In this document: positions 8,905 to 17,384 of the stretch, one piece after another
Position numbering within the stretch: the first letter of the stretch is position 1
Layout of the letters: the number at the start of each line of letters is the position of its first letter
Origin: a virus
Taxonomy: Duplodnaviria > Caudoviricetes
DNA: 44,843 nt
IMG/VR virus record: IMGVR_UViG_3300020045_001341
Coordinates: 1 to 44,843 of that record
Reading direction: 5' to 3' (one strand)
The notes under the pieces: model-generated
What the model was told of the DNA's origin: nothing
Databases searched by the model: none
Seen by the model: only the letters and a program-made list of their open reading frames with translations
Translations under genes and position numbers: made by a program

Positions 8905-10177
8905 TGATGTAATTAAAAACTATGAGCAACCGATAAAGTTTATCATAGGTTTTGCGGGGTCTGGTAAATCTACCAGGCTCTCTTCCGATGCAGATGATAC
9001 TACATTAGTATTAGTTCCAACACATAAGGCAGCTGATGTGTTAATTAATAAAGGTGTGAAGAATGTCTTTACTATACATTCAGTATTAAAACTTGTGCCT
9101 ACATTAAATCAGAATTTTAGACGTGGTCAGCGTATGCAAAGACTACAGAAAATGGGCAGTGTAGACTTAAGTGATATAGACAATATTTTCATAGACGAGT
9201 ACTCTATGATTAGTTACGAAATACTAGATATGCTCTTAAATATATTACCAGAGCATACAAAAGTAACAATCTTTGGAGATAGTTACCAGTTGCCTCCAAT
9301 AGATGGGGCTCCAATAGAAGCAGACTTCTTTACGGATGATATAGAAAATCTTACTACACAGTATAGGGCAGATGCTCCAGAAGTGATAGAGACATTTATG
9401 CGTTTTAAAGGCTACTTAGATGGTACAGGTGAAAAGAACCTAAAGCTTAACCCAGCTATTAAAGCAGGTACACTTGATGGGTTTAATCCAAAGACAGATA
9501 GGATATTGGCATTTACAAACGAGAAAGTTTTGGAGTTAAATCGATTAGTAAGTAACAATCAAGAGATACAATCTGGAGATGCAATACTTGTGAACGGTAT
9601 AGATGGTTTCTATGTATCAGATGAAGACTGTGGGGCTCTAACAATCTTCCCAAAGTGTATATCTAAGGGTAAGCTTATGGACGAGGAGAGTTTAAATCTT
9701 ACCTCAGTATCTACATTAATAGATATAGAAAAATATAATACAAACCTCACTGGTTACGATATAGGAAAGATTAGAATAAATGATAAAGATTATATAATCT
9801 ATTTTGACAAAGACCACTACGCCTCTACCAGTAAGCTTAAGCGTGAGGTGGAAGAGTTACAAGCATTAGTAATTAATACACATAGTCTTGGAGATGATGT
9901 ACATATCCCTACTTGGTGTAAAAATAACAAAGATGCAAAGTATGTAAGGGAAAGAGGTATTGCATGGAATAAATACATATCGCATACTAATTTAGTGTTT
10001 GATATGCGTAGGCCATATGCAACAACTGTACACAAGGCTCAAGGTAGTGAGTTTCATACTGTATACATTGCACATAGTGATATTAAAAAGAGCATTAAAA
10101 ACAACTATTATGACACATATGCAAGACTTATGTATGTAGCCCTTAGTAGGGCGATTAAAAAAGTGATAATAATTTAA
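8897..10177 (+). CDS. SF1B Dda/RecD-like DNA helicase
   Basis: GFAGSGKS, PTHKAA, TIHS, IDEYSMI, GDSYQLPPI, TVHKAQGSEF, YVALSRA. Confidence 0.92.
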   Translation: MDDDVIKNYEQPIKFIIGFAGSGKSTRLSSDADDTTLVLVPTHKAADVLINKGVKNVFTIHSVLKLVPTLNQNFRRGQRMQRLQKMGSVDLSDIDNIFIDEYSMISYEILDMLLNILPEHTKVTIFGDSYQLPPIDGAPIEADFFTDDIENLTTQYRADAPEVIETFMRFKGYLDGTGEKNLKLNPAIKAGTLDGFNPKTDRILAFTNEKVLELNRLVSNNQEIQSGDAILVNGIDGFYVSDEDCGALTIFPKCISKGKLMDEESLNLTSVSTLIDIEKYNTNLTGYDIGKIRINDKDYIIYFDKDHYASTSKLKREVEELQALVINTHSLGDDVHIPTWCKNNKDAKYVRERGIAWNKYISHTNLVFDMRRPYATTVHKAQGSEFHTVYIAHSDIKKSIKNNYYDTYARLMYVALSRAIKKVIII

Positions 10178-10189
10178 TTTAATATTCCT

Positions 10190-10210
10190 TTAAGATTATT
10201 ATGATATAAT
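10190..10210 (+). promoter_or_regulatory. Extended -10 promoter
   Basis: TTAAGA-N6-TGATATAAT. Confidence 0.8.
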
Positions 10211-10316
10211 ATATTTAAGAAAGAGATTATATCTCTAACTTGGTTACAGGGCTTCCAATTTAATAGCTACTTATGGTTTTCATACCTTTACCTATAAAGG
10301 CAAGAAAGGGTCTACA

Positions 10317-10772
10317 ATGACTAAGACTAAACTAAATGAAAGTGTTCTTGCGTTATGTGTTCAACACAAAGCAAGCGATGCATTGACTTCTGCTCTTGAC
10401 GAGCTTACAAAACCTAAAGCTGGTGGTGGTTCTGATGTATCAGATTATACAGTATATGGTGAAGATGGTGAGATTGAGTACATCTATTGTACTTATCACA
10501 AAACCTGGGAACCGTTTTCACATAATGGTGCTGAGTTGTTTGCACTTAATGACAAATCTAAAAATGGTTACATGCGTCAATGTCTTGTTGCTGATGTACA
10601 AGGTAGAGATGCTGCTAAAGCATTTAACGCTTCTAAAGCGGCGATTATGACTGATGTACTTGATGAAGTTATTACAGCTTCTGAAGGTAAAGAGCAAATT
10701 GCTAAATTACAGGCAGATAGAGACCTTAGACCAGTTCGTGCAGATGGACTTGGTGAAGTAGAGCGTCCATAA
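10317..10772 (+). CDS. Hypothetical protein, paralog of 44304-44777
   Basis: Own promoter and downstream hairpin; MTK..L...V.A....HKA and YCTYH motifs shared with the last ORF. Confidence 0.8.
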   Translation: MTKTKLNESVLALCVQHKASDALTSALDELTKPKAGGGSDVSDYTVYGEDGEIEYIYCTYHKTWEPFSHNGAELFALNDKSKNGYMRQCLVADVQGRDAAKAFNASKAAIMTDVLDEVITASEGKEQIAKLQADRDLRPVRADGLGEVERP

Positions 10773-10776
10773 TCAT

Positions 10777-10805
10777 ATTGCCTAGTCCTAATAAGACTAG
10801 GCAAT
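10777..10805 (+). terminator. Stem-loop (terminator or mRNA-stabilising hairpin)
   Basis: ATTGCCTAGTC-ctaataa-GACTAGGCAAT, 11-bp stem, weak U-tail. Confidence 0.6.
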
Positions 10806-10859
10806 GTCCCTGATAAGGTTCACACAAACACATAACAACACATTGAAAAGGTAAAACAC

Positions 10860-11501
10860 ATGGCAAAAGCTAAACTCGCATATAAAACCCCTCTACTCCC
10901 ACTAATCTGGGTAAATGTTCGTGGCACTGGTAAACTTAAGAAAGACAAAGAAGATAACCAAGAGGCCGAAAACTACAACTACACTGCAACAGTTACATTC
11001 CCTAATGAAGCAGAAATGCTCAAGCAAAAAGAGATTTTTGACAAGTTCTGGAAAGATAACAAACCTCAAGGTGTAGGTAAGCAAAAATATGAAATGTTTA
11101 AACCAGTAATGGTTCCAACTCTTAAAGATGGTAAAGAACAACGAGATGCAGATGATGAAATTGTTAAGCATCATAATGGAGAATACACTCTTGCTGCCAA
11201 AACTGGAACTAAATGGCCAGATGGTAAAGTTAATGTAGTAAAATTACTCGGTTCTACTGGTAAAGAATTACAGGTTGGACATCCATTAGAAAAAGGATGT
11301 GGTAATGGTACATTAGGTATTCTACATGGTACATTAGGTATCAATGGGTTTAGTGGAAATGAAGGACTACAGTTTTTCTTAAATGGTGTGCAAATCAAAG
11401 ACTCATCATTTATAGAGTATGTAGGTGGTTCTGAAGTTCAGGCAGACACGATTGATGATGATGTAGTAGATACTACAGTAAGTGATGCACCAGAAATCTA
11501 A
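10860..11501 (+). CDS. Single-stranded DNA-binding protein (T7 gp2.5-like)
   Basis: Lies before polA; GCGNGT.G...GLQFFLNGVQI pattern and acidic C-terminal tail. Confidence 0.7.
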   Translation: MAKAKLAYKTPLLPLIWVNVRGTGKLKKDKEDNQEAENYNYTATVTFPNEAEMLKQKEIFDKFWKDNKPQGVGKQKYEMFKPVMVPTLKDGKEQRDADDEIVKHHNGEYTLAAKTGTKWPDGKVNVVKLLGSTGKELQVGHPLEKGCGNGTLGILHGTLGINGFSGNEGLQFFLNGVQIKDSSFIEYVGGSEVQADTIDDDVVDTTVSDAPEI

Positions 11502-11508
11502 ATTTTTA

Positions 11509-11535
11509 TATGTGCCTAGGTAATCTAGGCACATA
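11509..11535 (+). terminator. Stem-loop after SSB
   Basis: TATGTGCCTAG-gtaat-CTAGGCACATA. Confidence 0.6.
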
Positions 11536-11575
11536 AAATAATAGTCAGAGTTGACTCAAACACTAAAGGAATAAA

Positions 11576-13369
11576 ATGAAATATGTTATTGTAAATAGTC
11601 CCTCTCAATTGCCAATATTTGATAAGTCACTTCCTATATTTTGCGATATAGAGACAGATGATTTATATGGCCCTCTAAGAATGCTTCAAGTATACCAACC
11701 ATCTACACATCCAGATGTATATATTATAGATATTGCCCCTATTGGGTATAATAAAGATACATGGGATGTAGAGTTAATTAAGGTAGAAGACTTTATTATG
11801 GCCCACACAACTGTTTGGTATAATAGTTCTTACGATTTAGGAACACTTAATATTTCACCTAGTTTAGGTGTTAAGCATCCTGATGAAGTAACTGATGATA
11901 CTGTATATACAGAGAAAGTATATGACCTTTTCTATGCAGTAAAATCTGCATACCCCCAATTTATGGAATTTGGACTTAAAAAGATAGTAAACAACTTACC
12001 CTACACACAAGCACTATACAAAGGTATAGAGGTTAAAGAAGCTGTGAAGGGTTTTGTACGTGGTTCATATATCTCTAGACAAGCATATGAATATGCAGCA
12101 AAAGATGTATATGCATTATCTCTTATTTGGGAAGATAAACATGTACAATATGTAATACAAGAGAATATGTCTTACAAAGTGGATATGATGTCTCAAGCCT
12201 ATGCACTTATCTATCAACAAAATGGGCTTATCCTACATAGGGAGAAGTGGGCAGAAGCATTAACTCAATCTAAAAAAGAATTAGTATTTTGGAGTGAGAA
12301 AATACCTTCACACCTTAATGTAAATTCATATGTGCAAGTTCGTAAATACCTAGACATAGAAGAGAGTGATGCAGAAGCATTAATCTCATATGCATTATCG
12401 GACAAACCACTTGCATCTCAAGCAGAAGCCATTATCAAAGTTAAGAAATATATGAAGGAAGTATCGTATCTTACCTCTGTAAATTTTGATAAGATGATAA
12501 CAAAGTTTAATGTTGCAGGTGCTGTTAGTGGTAGATTTACCTCTAGTGGTGGTGCATTAGAGAATGGTTTTAATGCTCAACAAATTCCACGACAATTTCA
12601 ATACCTATTTAATGATGACACAGAAGATACAACTACTATAGGATTAGACTATGGTACACTAGAGCTTCGTATTGCATGTGCATTATTTAATGGTACACAT
12701 ATGTATAAACAGCTTAAAAATGGTGAAGATTTACACGAAGCAATGGCTATCTTTACAAGTGGTAAAACAAAGCATCCAGATGGATTAGTACCAGACACTG
12801 TTCGTAATGAAGCAGGTATGGATGTTGAAAACCCAGCTAAGCAACTATACATTTCTAAAAACGATAGACAGTTTGCAAAAGGTATTAACTTTGGATATGT
12901 ATTTGGTATGAGTGCTAATAAGTATACTACATATGCATTTACTATCTTTGGCATTAAGGTAACACCAGAAGAGTCAACAAAATTAAGAAATGCATACTTT
13001 ACACTGTATCCAGAGTTTGCACAACGCCATAAGTTTATATGGGATAACTATAAGAAGCCTGGTTTTTATGTAGAAACTGCTTTAGGTAGAAAGATTAAAC
13101 CTAAATTAGGTACAGATGGTATTAATATTCCTGTACAGGGTACTGGTGCTGAGTGTACTAAATTAGCAGTTCATTATATGGTTAAAGAAAAGCCAACAAT
13201 CTTAAAGTATATCTACAATGTAGTACACGATGCTACCTACACAAGAGTACCAAAGGGTGCAAAAGAATATTGGGAAGATATACAACATAGAAACATGGTA
13301 AAGGGTTGGACAGAGATTAGTAAAAGTAAAGCATTTTACTTTAAAGATATACCAATGCCAGTAGACTAA
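11576..13369 (+). CDS. polA: Family A DNA polymerase with 3'-5' exonuclease domain
   Basis: Exo I DIET, Exo III YAAKD, SGRFTSS...NAQQIPR, motif A DYGTLELR, motif B RQFAKGINFG, VQGTGA, motif C VHD. Confidence 0.95.
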   Translation: MKYVIVNSPSQLPIFDKSLPIFCDIETDDLYGPLRMLQVYQPSTHPDVYIIDIAPIGYNKDTWDVELIKVEDFIMAHTTVWYNSSYDLGTLNISPSLGVKHPDEVTDDTVYTEKVYDLFYAVKSAYPQFMEFGLKKIVNNLPYTQALYKGIEVKEAVKGFVRGSYISRQAYEYAAKDVYALSLIWEDKHVQYVIQENMSYKVDMMSQAYALIYQQNGLILHREKWAEALTQSKKELVFWSEKIPSHLNVNSYVQVRKYLDIEESDAEALISYALSDKPLASQAEAIIKVKKYMKEVSYLTSVNFDKMITKFNVAGAVSGRFTSSGGALENGFNAQQIPRQFQYLFNDDTEDTTTIGLDYGTLELRIACALFNGTHMYKQLKNGEDLHEAMAIFTSGKTKHPDGLVPDTVRNEAGMDVENPAKQLYISKNDRQFAKGINFGYVFGMSANKYTTYAFTIFGIKVTPEESTKLRNAYFTLYPEFAQRHKFIWDNYKKPGFYVETALGRKIKPKLGTDGINIPVQGTGAECTKLAVHYMVKEKPTILKYIYNVVHDATYTRVPKGAKEYWEDIQHRNMVKGWTEISKSKAFYFKDIPMPVD

Positions 13370-13378
13370 GGAGGCATT

Positions 13379-14317
13379 ATGAGATTAGATACAATAGATA
13401 TGGAAAGAATTTATGCACATCAACCAATGTATGTGAGGTTCTTTAATATTTTCAAAGAAAACATAACTACACAACAATGGAATAGCTTTATTGCACTTCC
13501 TATGTTTGTAAAACAGATTTTTGTTAGTGGGTCTAGTGAGGTTATTAAACATGCAAAACTACAATATCCAGTTGTTATACACGAGACACCAACTGCTTAT
13601 ATGGGTAAGAGAAATGACCTAATAGTTGAGTTAGATATTACTACAAAATGTAATTTATCTTGTCCTAATTGTGTAAGGTTCTCAAACTTTCACTCTACAT
13701 GGAAAGCCCTGGATATGGTAGCAATTTATGACTTTGTTGCAAAAAATAAGAAGTATGGTAAAAACCTAACAGTTAAAATTATTGGTGGAGAGCCTACAAT
13801 ACACCCAAATATAACTGAGATTTTAACATTACTTAATGAAGACTTCCACCTTATGATTGCTACTAATGGCATTAATAAGTGGGTACCACCTTTTGATATG
13901 GTAGTGGAGAACTCAGCTAAAGAAAGAGGTGTATTACCTGAGTTTCACCCTACATGTGATGCTCCATTAGATGATATTAAGTATAGGTATGAAGACTTTT
14001 CATTTGGGTGTGATACTGCATATACATGTATGAATGTATGTACCTCTGAGGGTTACTATCCTTGTACAGTAGCTGGGTCTATTGATAGAATGTTAAGACT
14101 ATCTGGAGGTCCAAGAGAGGGTCTGCAACCTTTGGCAACTACATCGCTAATGGAGTGTATTACATTAGATAACAAAGTAAAGGTATTTAGTAATATATGT
14201 AAATACTGTGGGTTCTACAAGAAGATGGGTTACCATGAAGCAACAAATACAGAAATGGTAAGAGTAACAGAGCAAGTGTATTCCACTAGTTGGGGATTTA
14301 TGAGAGGTAAAAACTAA
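13379..14317 (+). CDS. Radical SAM protein with C-terminal Cys cluster (SPASM/twitch-like)
   Basis: CNLSCPNC (CxxxCxxC), GGEPTIHP, TNG, C-terminal C..YYPC..CKYC. Confidence 0.9.
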   Translation: MRLDTIDMERIYAHQPMYVRFFNIFKENITTQQWNSFIALPMFVKQIFVSGSSEVIKHAKLQYPVVIHETPTAYMGKRNDLIVELDITTKCNLSCPNCVRFSNFHSTWKALDMVAIYDFVAKNKKYGKNLTVKIIGGEPTIHPNITEILTLLNEDFHLMIATNGINKWVPPFDMVVENSAKERGVLPEFHPTCDAPLDDIKYRYEDFSFGCDTAYTCMNVCTSEGYYPCTVAGSIDRMLRLSGGPREGLQPLATTSLMECITLDNKVKVFSNICKYCGFYKKMGYHEATNTEMVRVTEQVYSTSWGFMRGKN

Positions 14318-15255
14318 TGACAGATGTAACTATAGGTATAGATGGTGCTATACTACCTGCAAAGACAGATATGATTGCATTAGTAGATGCAGATACATTA
14401 GCATTTGCTGCTGCAAGTTCCACTGAATATTTTACAGAGTTATTACCACGTGAAATGTACACAGATAGTGAGTGGGTAGAAATACTTGCAGACCCTGGCT
14501 TTTTCGAGGATAGTGATGGTATGAAAGGTGTGTATGGCACAAACATAGAAGAAGCTGTAACTAGATTTATGGATAAACTAAACTTTATACTTGACCATAC
14601 TGGATGTAAAGACTTTTCACTACATTTTACAGTTGGTAGGGAAAGCTTTAGATATCACAGTGTTAATACAGAGTATAAGGCAAATAGACTTGTTGACTCT
14701 CAAGGAGCTGCAACAAGAGCACCATTTGGGTTATATCAACTTAAACAAGAGATATGCCGTCAATACCCTTTGAAGACTAAGATGTGGACTGCTTGTGAGG
14801 CTGATGATGCTGTGTGGATGCTAGGTAATAGGTATAGAAGTAAATATCTTGTATGTGCTGTTGATAAAGATATTTTAAATGCAATGGAAGTACCTGCATT
14901 TAACTACTACTCAAGGGCTGCCTATGTACATCCAAAGAGTGGCAATAGTATAGAAGAGATTAAGATGCAGTTTGTAGAAGCTGAAAATCCATCTATTTGG
15001 TGGTACATCCAATGTCTTACTGGTGACCCAGGAGATGGTATTATAGGTGTTAAAGGAATTGGGCCAAAGAAAGCATGGGATATACTTAGGTCTTGTAAGA
15101 CTGACAAAGAGAGATGGGATGCTATTGTAGCAACCTACGAGAGACATAACAGAGATATGATAGATGCATTACTAAACATGAGGATGGTTAGACTAGACCA
15201 GTATGACCCTGAAACAAATGTATTAACATTATGGAACCCAAAGGATTTAAAATGA
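14317..15255 (+). CDS. 5'-3' exonuclease/RNase H (T7 gp6/T5 D15-like)
   Basis: LVDAD, YKANR, EADD, VDKD, GDPGDGIIGVKGIGPKKA. Confidence 0.92.
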   Translation: MTDVTIGIDGAILPAKTDMIALVDADTLAFAAASSTEYFTELLPREMYTDSEWVEILADPGFFEDSDGMKGVYGTNIEEAVTRFMDKLNFILDHTGCKDFSLHFTVGRESFRYHSVNTEYKANRLVDSQGAATRAPFGLYQLKQEICRQYPLKTKMWTACEADDAVWMLGNRYRSKYLVCAVDKDILNAMEVPAFNYYSRAAYVHPKSGNSIEEIKMQFVEAENPSIWWYIQCLTGDPGDGIIGVKGIGPKKAWDILRSCKTDKERWDAIVATYERHNRDMIDALLNMRMVRLDQYDPETNVLTLWNPKDLK

Positions 15256-16388
15256 ATATTTCAGTAGTTAGTTTAACAGACCATCGCATAGATGTAAAAT
15301 TTGCTGACTATATCTCTACTGCATTAGGTTGCAGTAGAGATATTACATCAGATACAGAGTTCTTAATTGTTACTAATGGTATGTATAACAATGCAAATAT
15401 AGCAGTAATAACTGCTATGCAACAGTTGCCATCACTATACCTAATAGATGACCATACATGCTGGGTACCAGACTTAAAACTTTTCCCTTTATGTAAGATT
15501 GCAAGTCAGTTTGTACAACACCCATTAGATAAGACTACTCCAATGGAATATTTTAGAGTTAGTGAGTTGGCATTGTTTGATGATAAGTTTGACTCACTTC
15601 AGCCAGTTGGTAGAAGTTATGTACATGGTGATAAATGTATTTATTGGGGTGGATACAAACCAGAAAGACTTGCATATTATATGGAGTTATTGCCTGCATA
15701 TACAGCTGTTATAGGTAAAAAATACCCAGATGGCCTAACTAAAAACTGGCAGATATTACCATTTACAAAAGACCTTAATGAGTTAAACACTCTTATTTCG
15801 CAAGGAGACTATACACATGTGTTTGGAGATGAATTTCACAATGGTGTAAACCTTCCATACCGTATTTATGAAGCTTTAATGAATGGTGTTAGACCTATTA
15901 TCCATAGTGATTTAATAGGTTTACAAATTTTAAATATTGATTGGATTGAGCAATACCTAATTGGTGGTAAGCTTAGTGAGTATTTGATATATTTATCAAT
16001 AGAGCGTAAAGACGTAATTCAAAGATTAATGAATTTGGTACAAATGACATGGAATAGGTATGCTTCTGTTCAAGACTTACCTCTTGGTAAATGTACTACA
16101 ATAGACCCAGTTCAAGAAGTGTTAGACCAGAGAGGAACTGTTTATGGGTCTTATGCAGCTGGTGTAGAGTGTAGAGCAACTATTATGGAAGCACTAGATA
16201 AACTACATTATGAATGTAATGGTTGTGGTATGCCAGAGCCATTAAGAGTTGCATATAGTGACCTAGTGTTAAAGTTAATGAGGTCTGTATCCTCTCCTAC
16301 ACATTTAGATAGTTGGTTAGACCTTGCAGGGTATTCAAAACTAATAAATGAGTTAGTAATGGAGGATAACAATGTATTTAAAAGTTGA
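15252..16388 (+). CDS. T4 beta-glucosyltransferase-like DNA glycosyltransferase fused to a C-terminal DUF6378-like helical domain
   Basis: Collinear resemblance to T4 BGT recalled from memory (LIVTN, LYLIDD, KIASQ, EYFRV, IYWGG...R, SQ.....FGD..HN....YRIYE). C-terminus VLDQRGTVYG...KLMR......HLDSWLDLAGY. Confidence 0.7.
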   Translation: MNISVVSLTDHRIDVKFADYISTALGCSRDITSDTEFLIVTNGMYNNANIAVITAMQQLPSLYLIDDHTCWVPDLKLFPLCKIASQFVQHPLDKTTPMEYFRVSELALFDDKFDSLQPVGRSYVHGDKCIYWGGYKPERLAYYMELLPAYTAVIGKKYPDGLTKNWQILPFTKDLNELNTLISQGDYTHVFGDEFHNGVNLPYRIYEALMNGVRPIIHSDLIGLQILNIDWIEQYLIGGKLSEYLIYLSIERKDVIQRLMNLVQMTWNRYASVQDLPLGKCTTIDPVQEVLDQRGTVYGSYAAGVECRATIMEALDKLHYECNGCGMPEPLRVAYSDLVLKLMRSVSSPTHLDSWLDLAGYSKLINELVMEDNNVFKS

Positions 16389-17013
16389 AGACATTCGTAA
16401 AGAGTTTAAACGGTTATATACCTCTGGCATATTTAATGCTAGGGGTATGCTAGATATACAAGGTAGTTCATTTATAGCTGACGAGCAGAGTATATTTGGA
16501 GAACCTAACCAAGAATATATAGAAAAAGAGTTAGCTTGGTATTTATTACAAAGTCGCAATGTGTATGATATGCCTAATCCTCCAAAAATATGGAGAGATA
16601 TTGCAACAGCAGATGGATATGTTAATAGTAACTATGGCTATCTTGTATTTGGAAAAGATAACAACAATCAGTTTCAAAAGGTTGTTAGAACACTTAGACG
16701 TCGTATAGACTCTAAACAGGCCACTATGATTTATACACGTCCTAGTATGCATCAAGACTCTTTTGCAGATGGTAGGAAAGACTTTGTTTGTACTAACACG
16801 GTTAACTATAACCAAGACCTGTTAGACCCTAAAAAGTTAAACTGTATAGTAAATATGCGTAGTAATGATGCAGTTTATGGTTATAAGAATGACCTACCTT
16901 GGCAACAATATGTATTGCAAAGGGTATGTGATGAAGTGGATATGATACCAGGTATCATTTACTGGCAAACTTCCTCACTTCATATTTATCCTAGACATTT
17001 CCACCTATTGTAG
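16372..17013 (+). CDS. dCMP hydroxymethylase (T4 gp42-like, thymidylate synthase superfamily)
   Basis: EYIEKELAWY, PKIW, NSNYG, MIYTRPSM, DFVCTNTV, NMRSND..YGYKND..WQ and SLHIYPRHF. Asp at the dCMP-specificity position. Confidence 0.92.
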   Translation: MYLKVEDIRKEFKRLYTSGIFNARGMLDIQGSSFIADEQSIFGEPNQEYIEKELAWYLLQSRNVYDMPNPPKIWRDIATADGYVNSNYGYLVFGKDNNNQFQKVVRTLRRRIDSKQATMIYTRPSMHQDSFADGRKDFVCTNTVNYNQDLLDPKKLNCIVNMRSNDAVYGYKNDLPWQQYVLQRVCDEVDMIPGIIYWQTSSLHIYPRHFHLL

Positions 17014-17018
17014 ATATC

Positions 17019-17100
17019 CTGGTAAGTTTCTAGGAAGTTTTAATATCTTAAAGATATATCTATCTTAAAATAAGATTAAAACTTCCCAGGAACTTACCAG
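17019..17100. repeat. 26-bp imperfect inverted repeat with nested small hairpins
   Basis: CTGGTAAGTTTCTAGGAAGTTTTAAT (17019-17044) and ATTAAAACTTCCCAGGAACTTACCAG (17075-17100); 24/26 complementary. Confidence 0.9.
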
Positions 17101-17115
17101 TACTTTAAATTAAAT

Positions 17116-17136
17116 TTAAGATTATTATGATATAAT
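17116..17136 (+). promoter_or_regulatory. Extended -10 promoter
   Basis: TTAAGA-N6-TGATATAAT, then AAGGAG RBS. Confidence 0.8.
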
Positions 17137-17153
17137 AAAGAAAAGGAGATATA

Positions 17154-17384
17154 ATGCAAACAATTAATGAGGTGATTGTAAAGATACTATCGGAAGAAGA
17201 CAATACACCAAAAACAGTAGCGGAAGTACTTGGTGTAACAGAAGCACTTGTTAGTACATGGAAAAATAAAGACAATGACTTTTGCCCACGATTAAGATTG
17301 GCAGCTAAGATATATAAACAGTATGGTGAGGTAGTATTTCCATACTCAGAAGAAGCATTGAAGTTTACTAATGATACCCTATAA
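17154..17384 (+). CDS. XRE/Cro-like HTH protein
   Basis: TPKTVAEVLGVTEALVSTWKN...PRL..A.KI. Confidence 0.8.
   Translation: MQTINEVIVKILSEEDNTPKTVAEVLGVTEALVSTWKNKDNDFCPRLRLAAKIYKQYGEVVFPYSEEALKFTNDTL

Noticed and set aside
10211-10320. tRNA, riboswitch or uORF in the ~100-nt leader
   Set aside because: No cloverleaf, T-loop or recognisable aptamer. A 15-codon uORF (10273-10320) lacks an RBS; only short hairpins are supportable.
13379-14317. 7-deazaguanine pathway (QueE) or anaerobic RNR activase (NrdG)
   Set aside because: No folE, queD, queC, dpdA or nrdD genes in the window, and the extra C-terminal Cys cluster does not fit.
16372-17013. Ordinary thymidylate synthase (thyA)
   Set aside because: It has Asp at the specificity position and the gp42-type NSNYG, IYTRPSM and CTN motifs rather than the ThyA PCH motif and specificity Asn.
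17154-17384. Prophage repressor indicating lysogeny
   Set aside because: HTH only, co-oriented with replication genes; no integrase, divergent cI/cro pair, partition genes or host flanks in the window.
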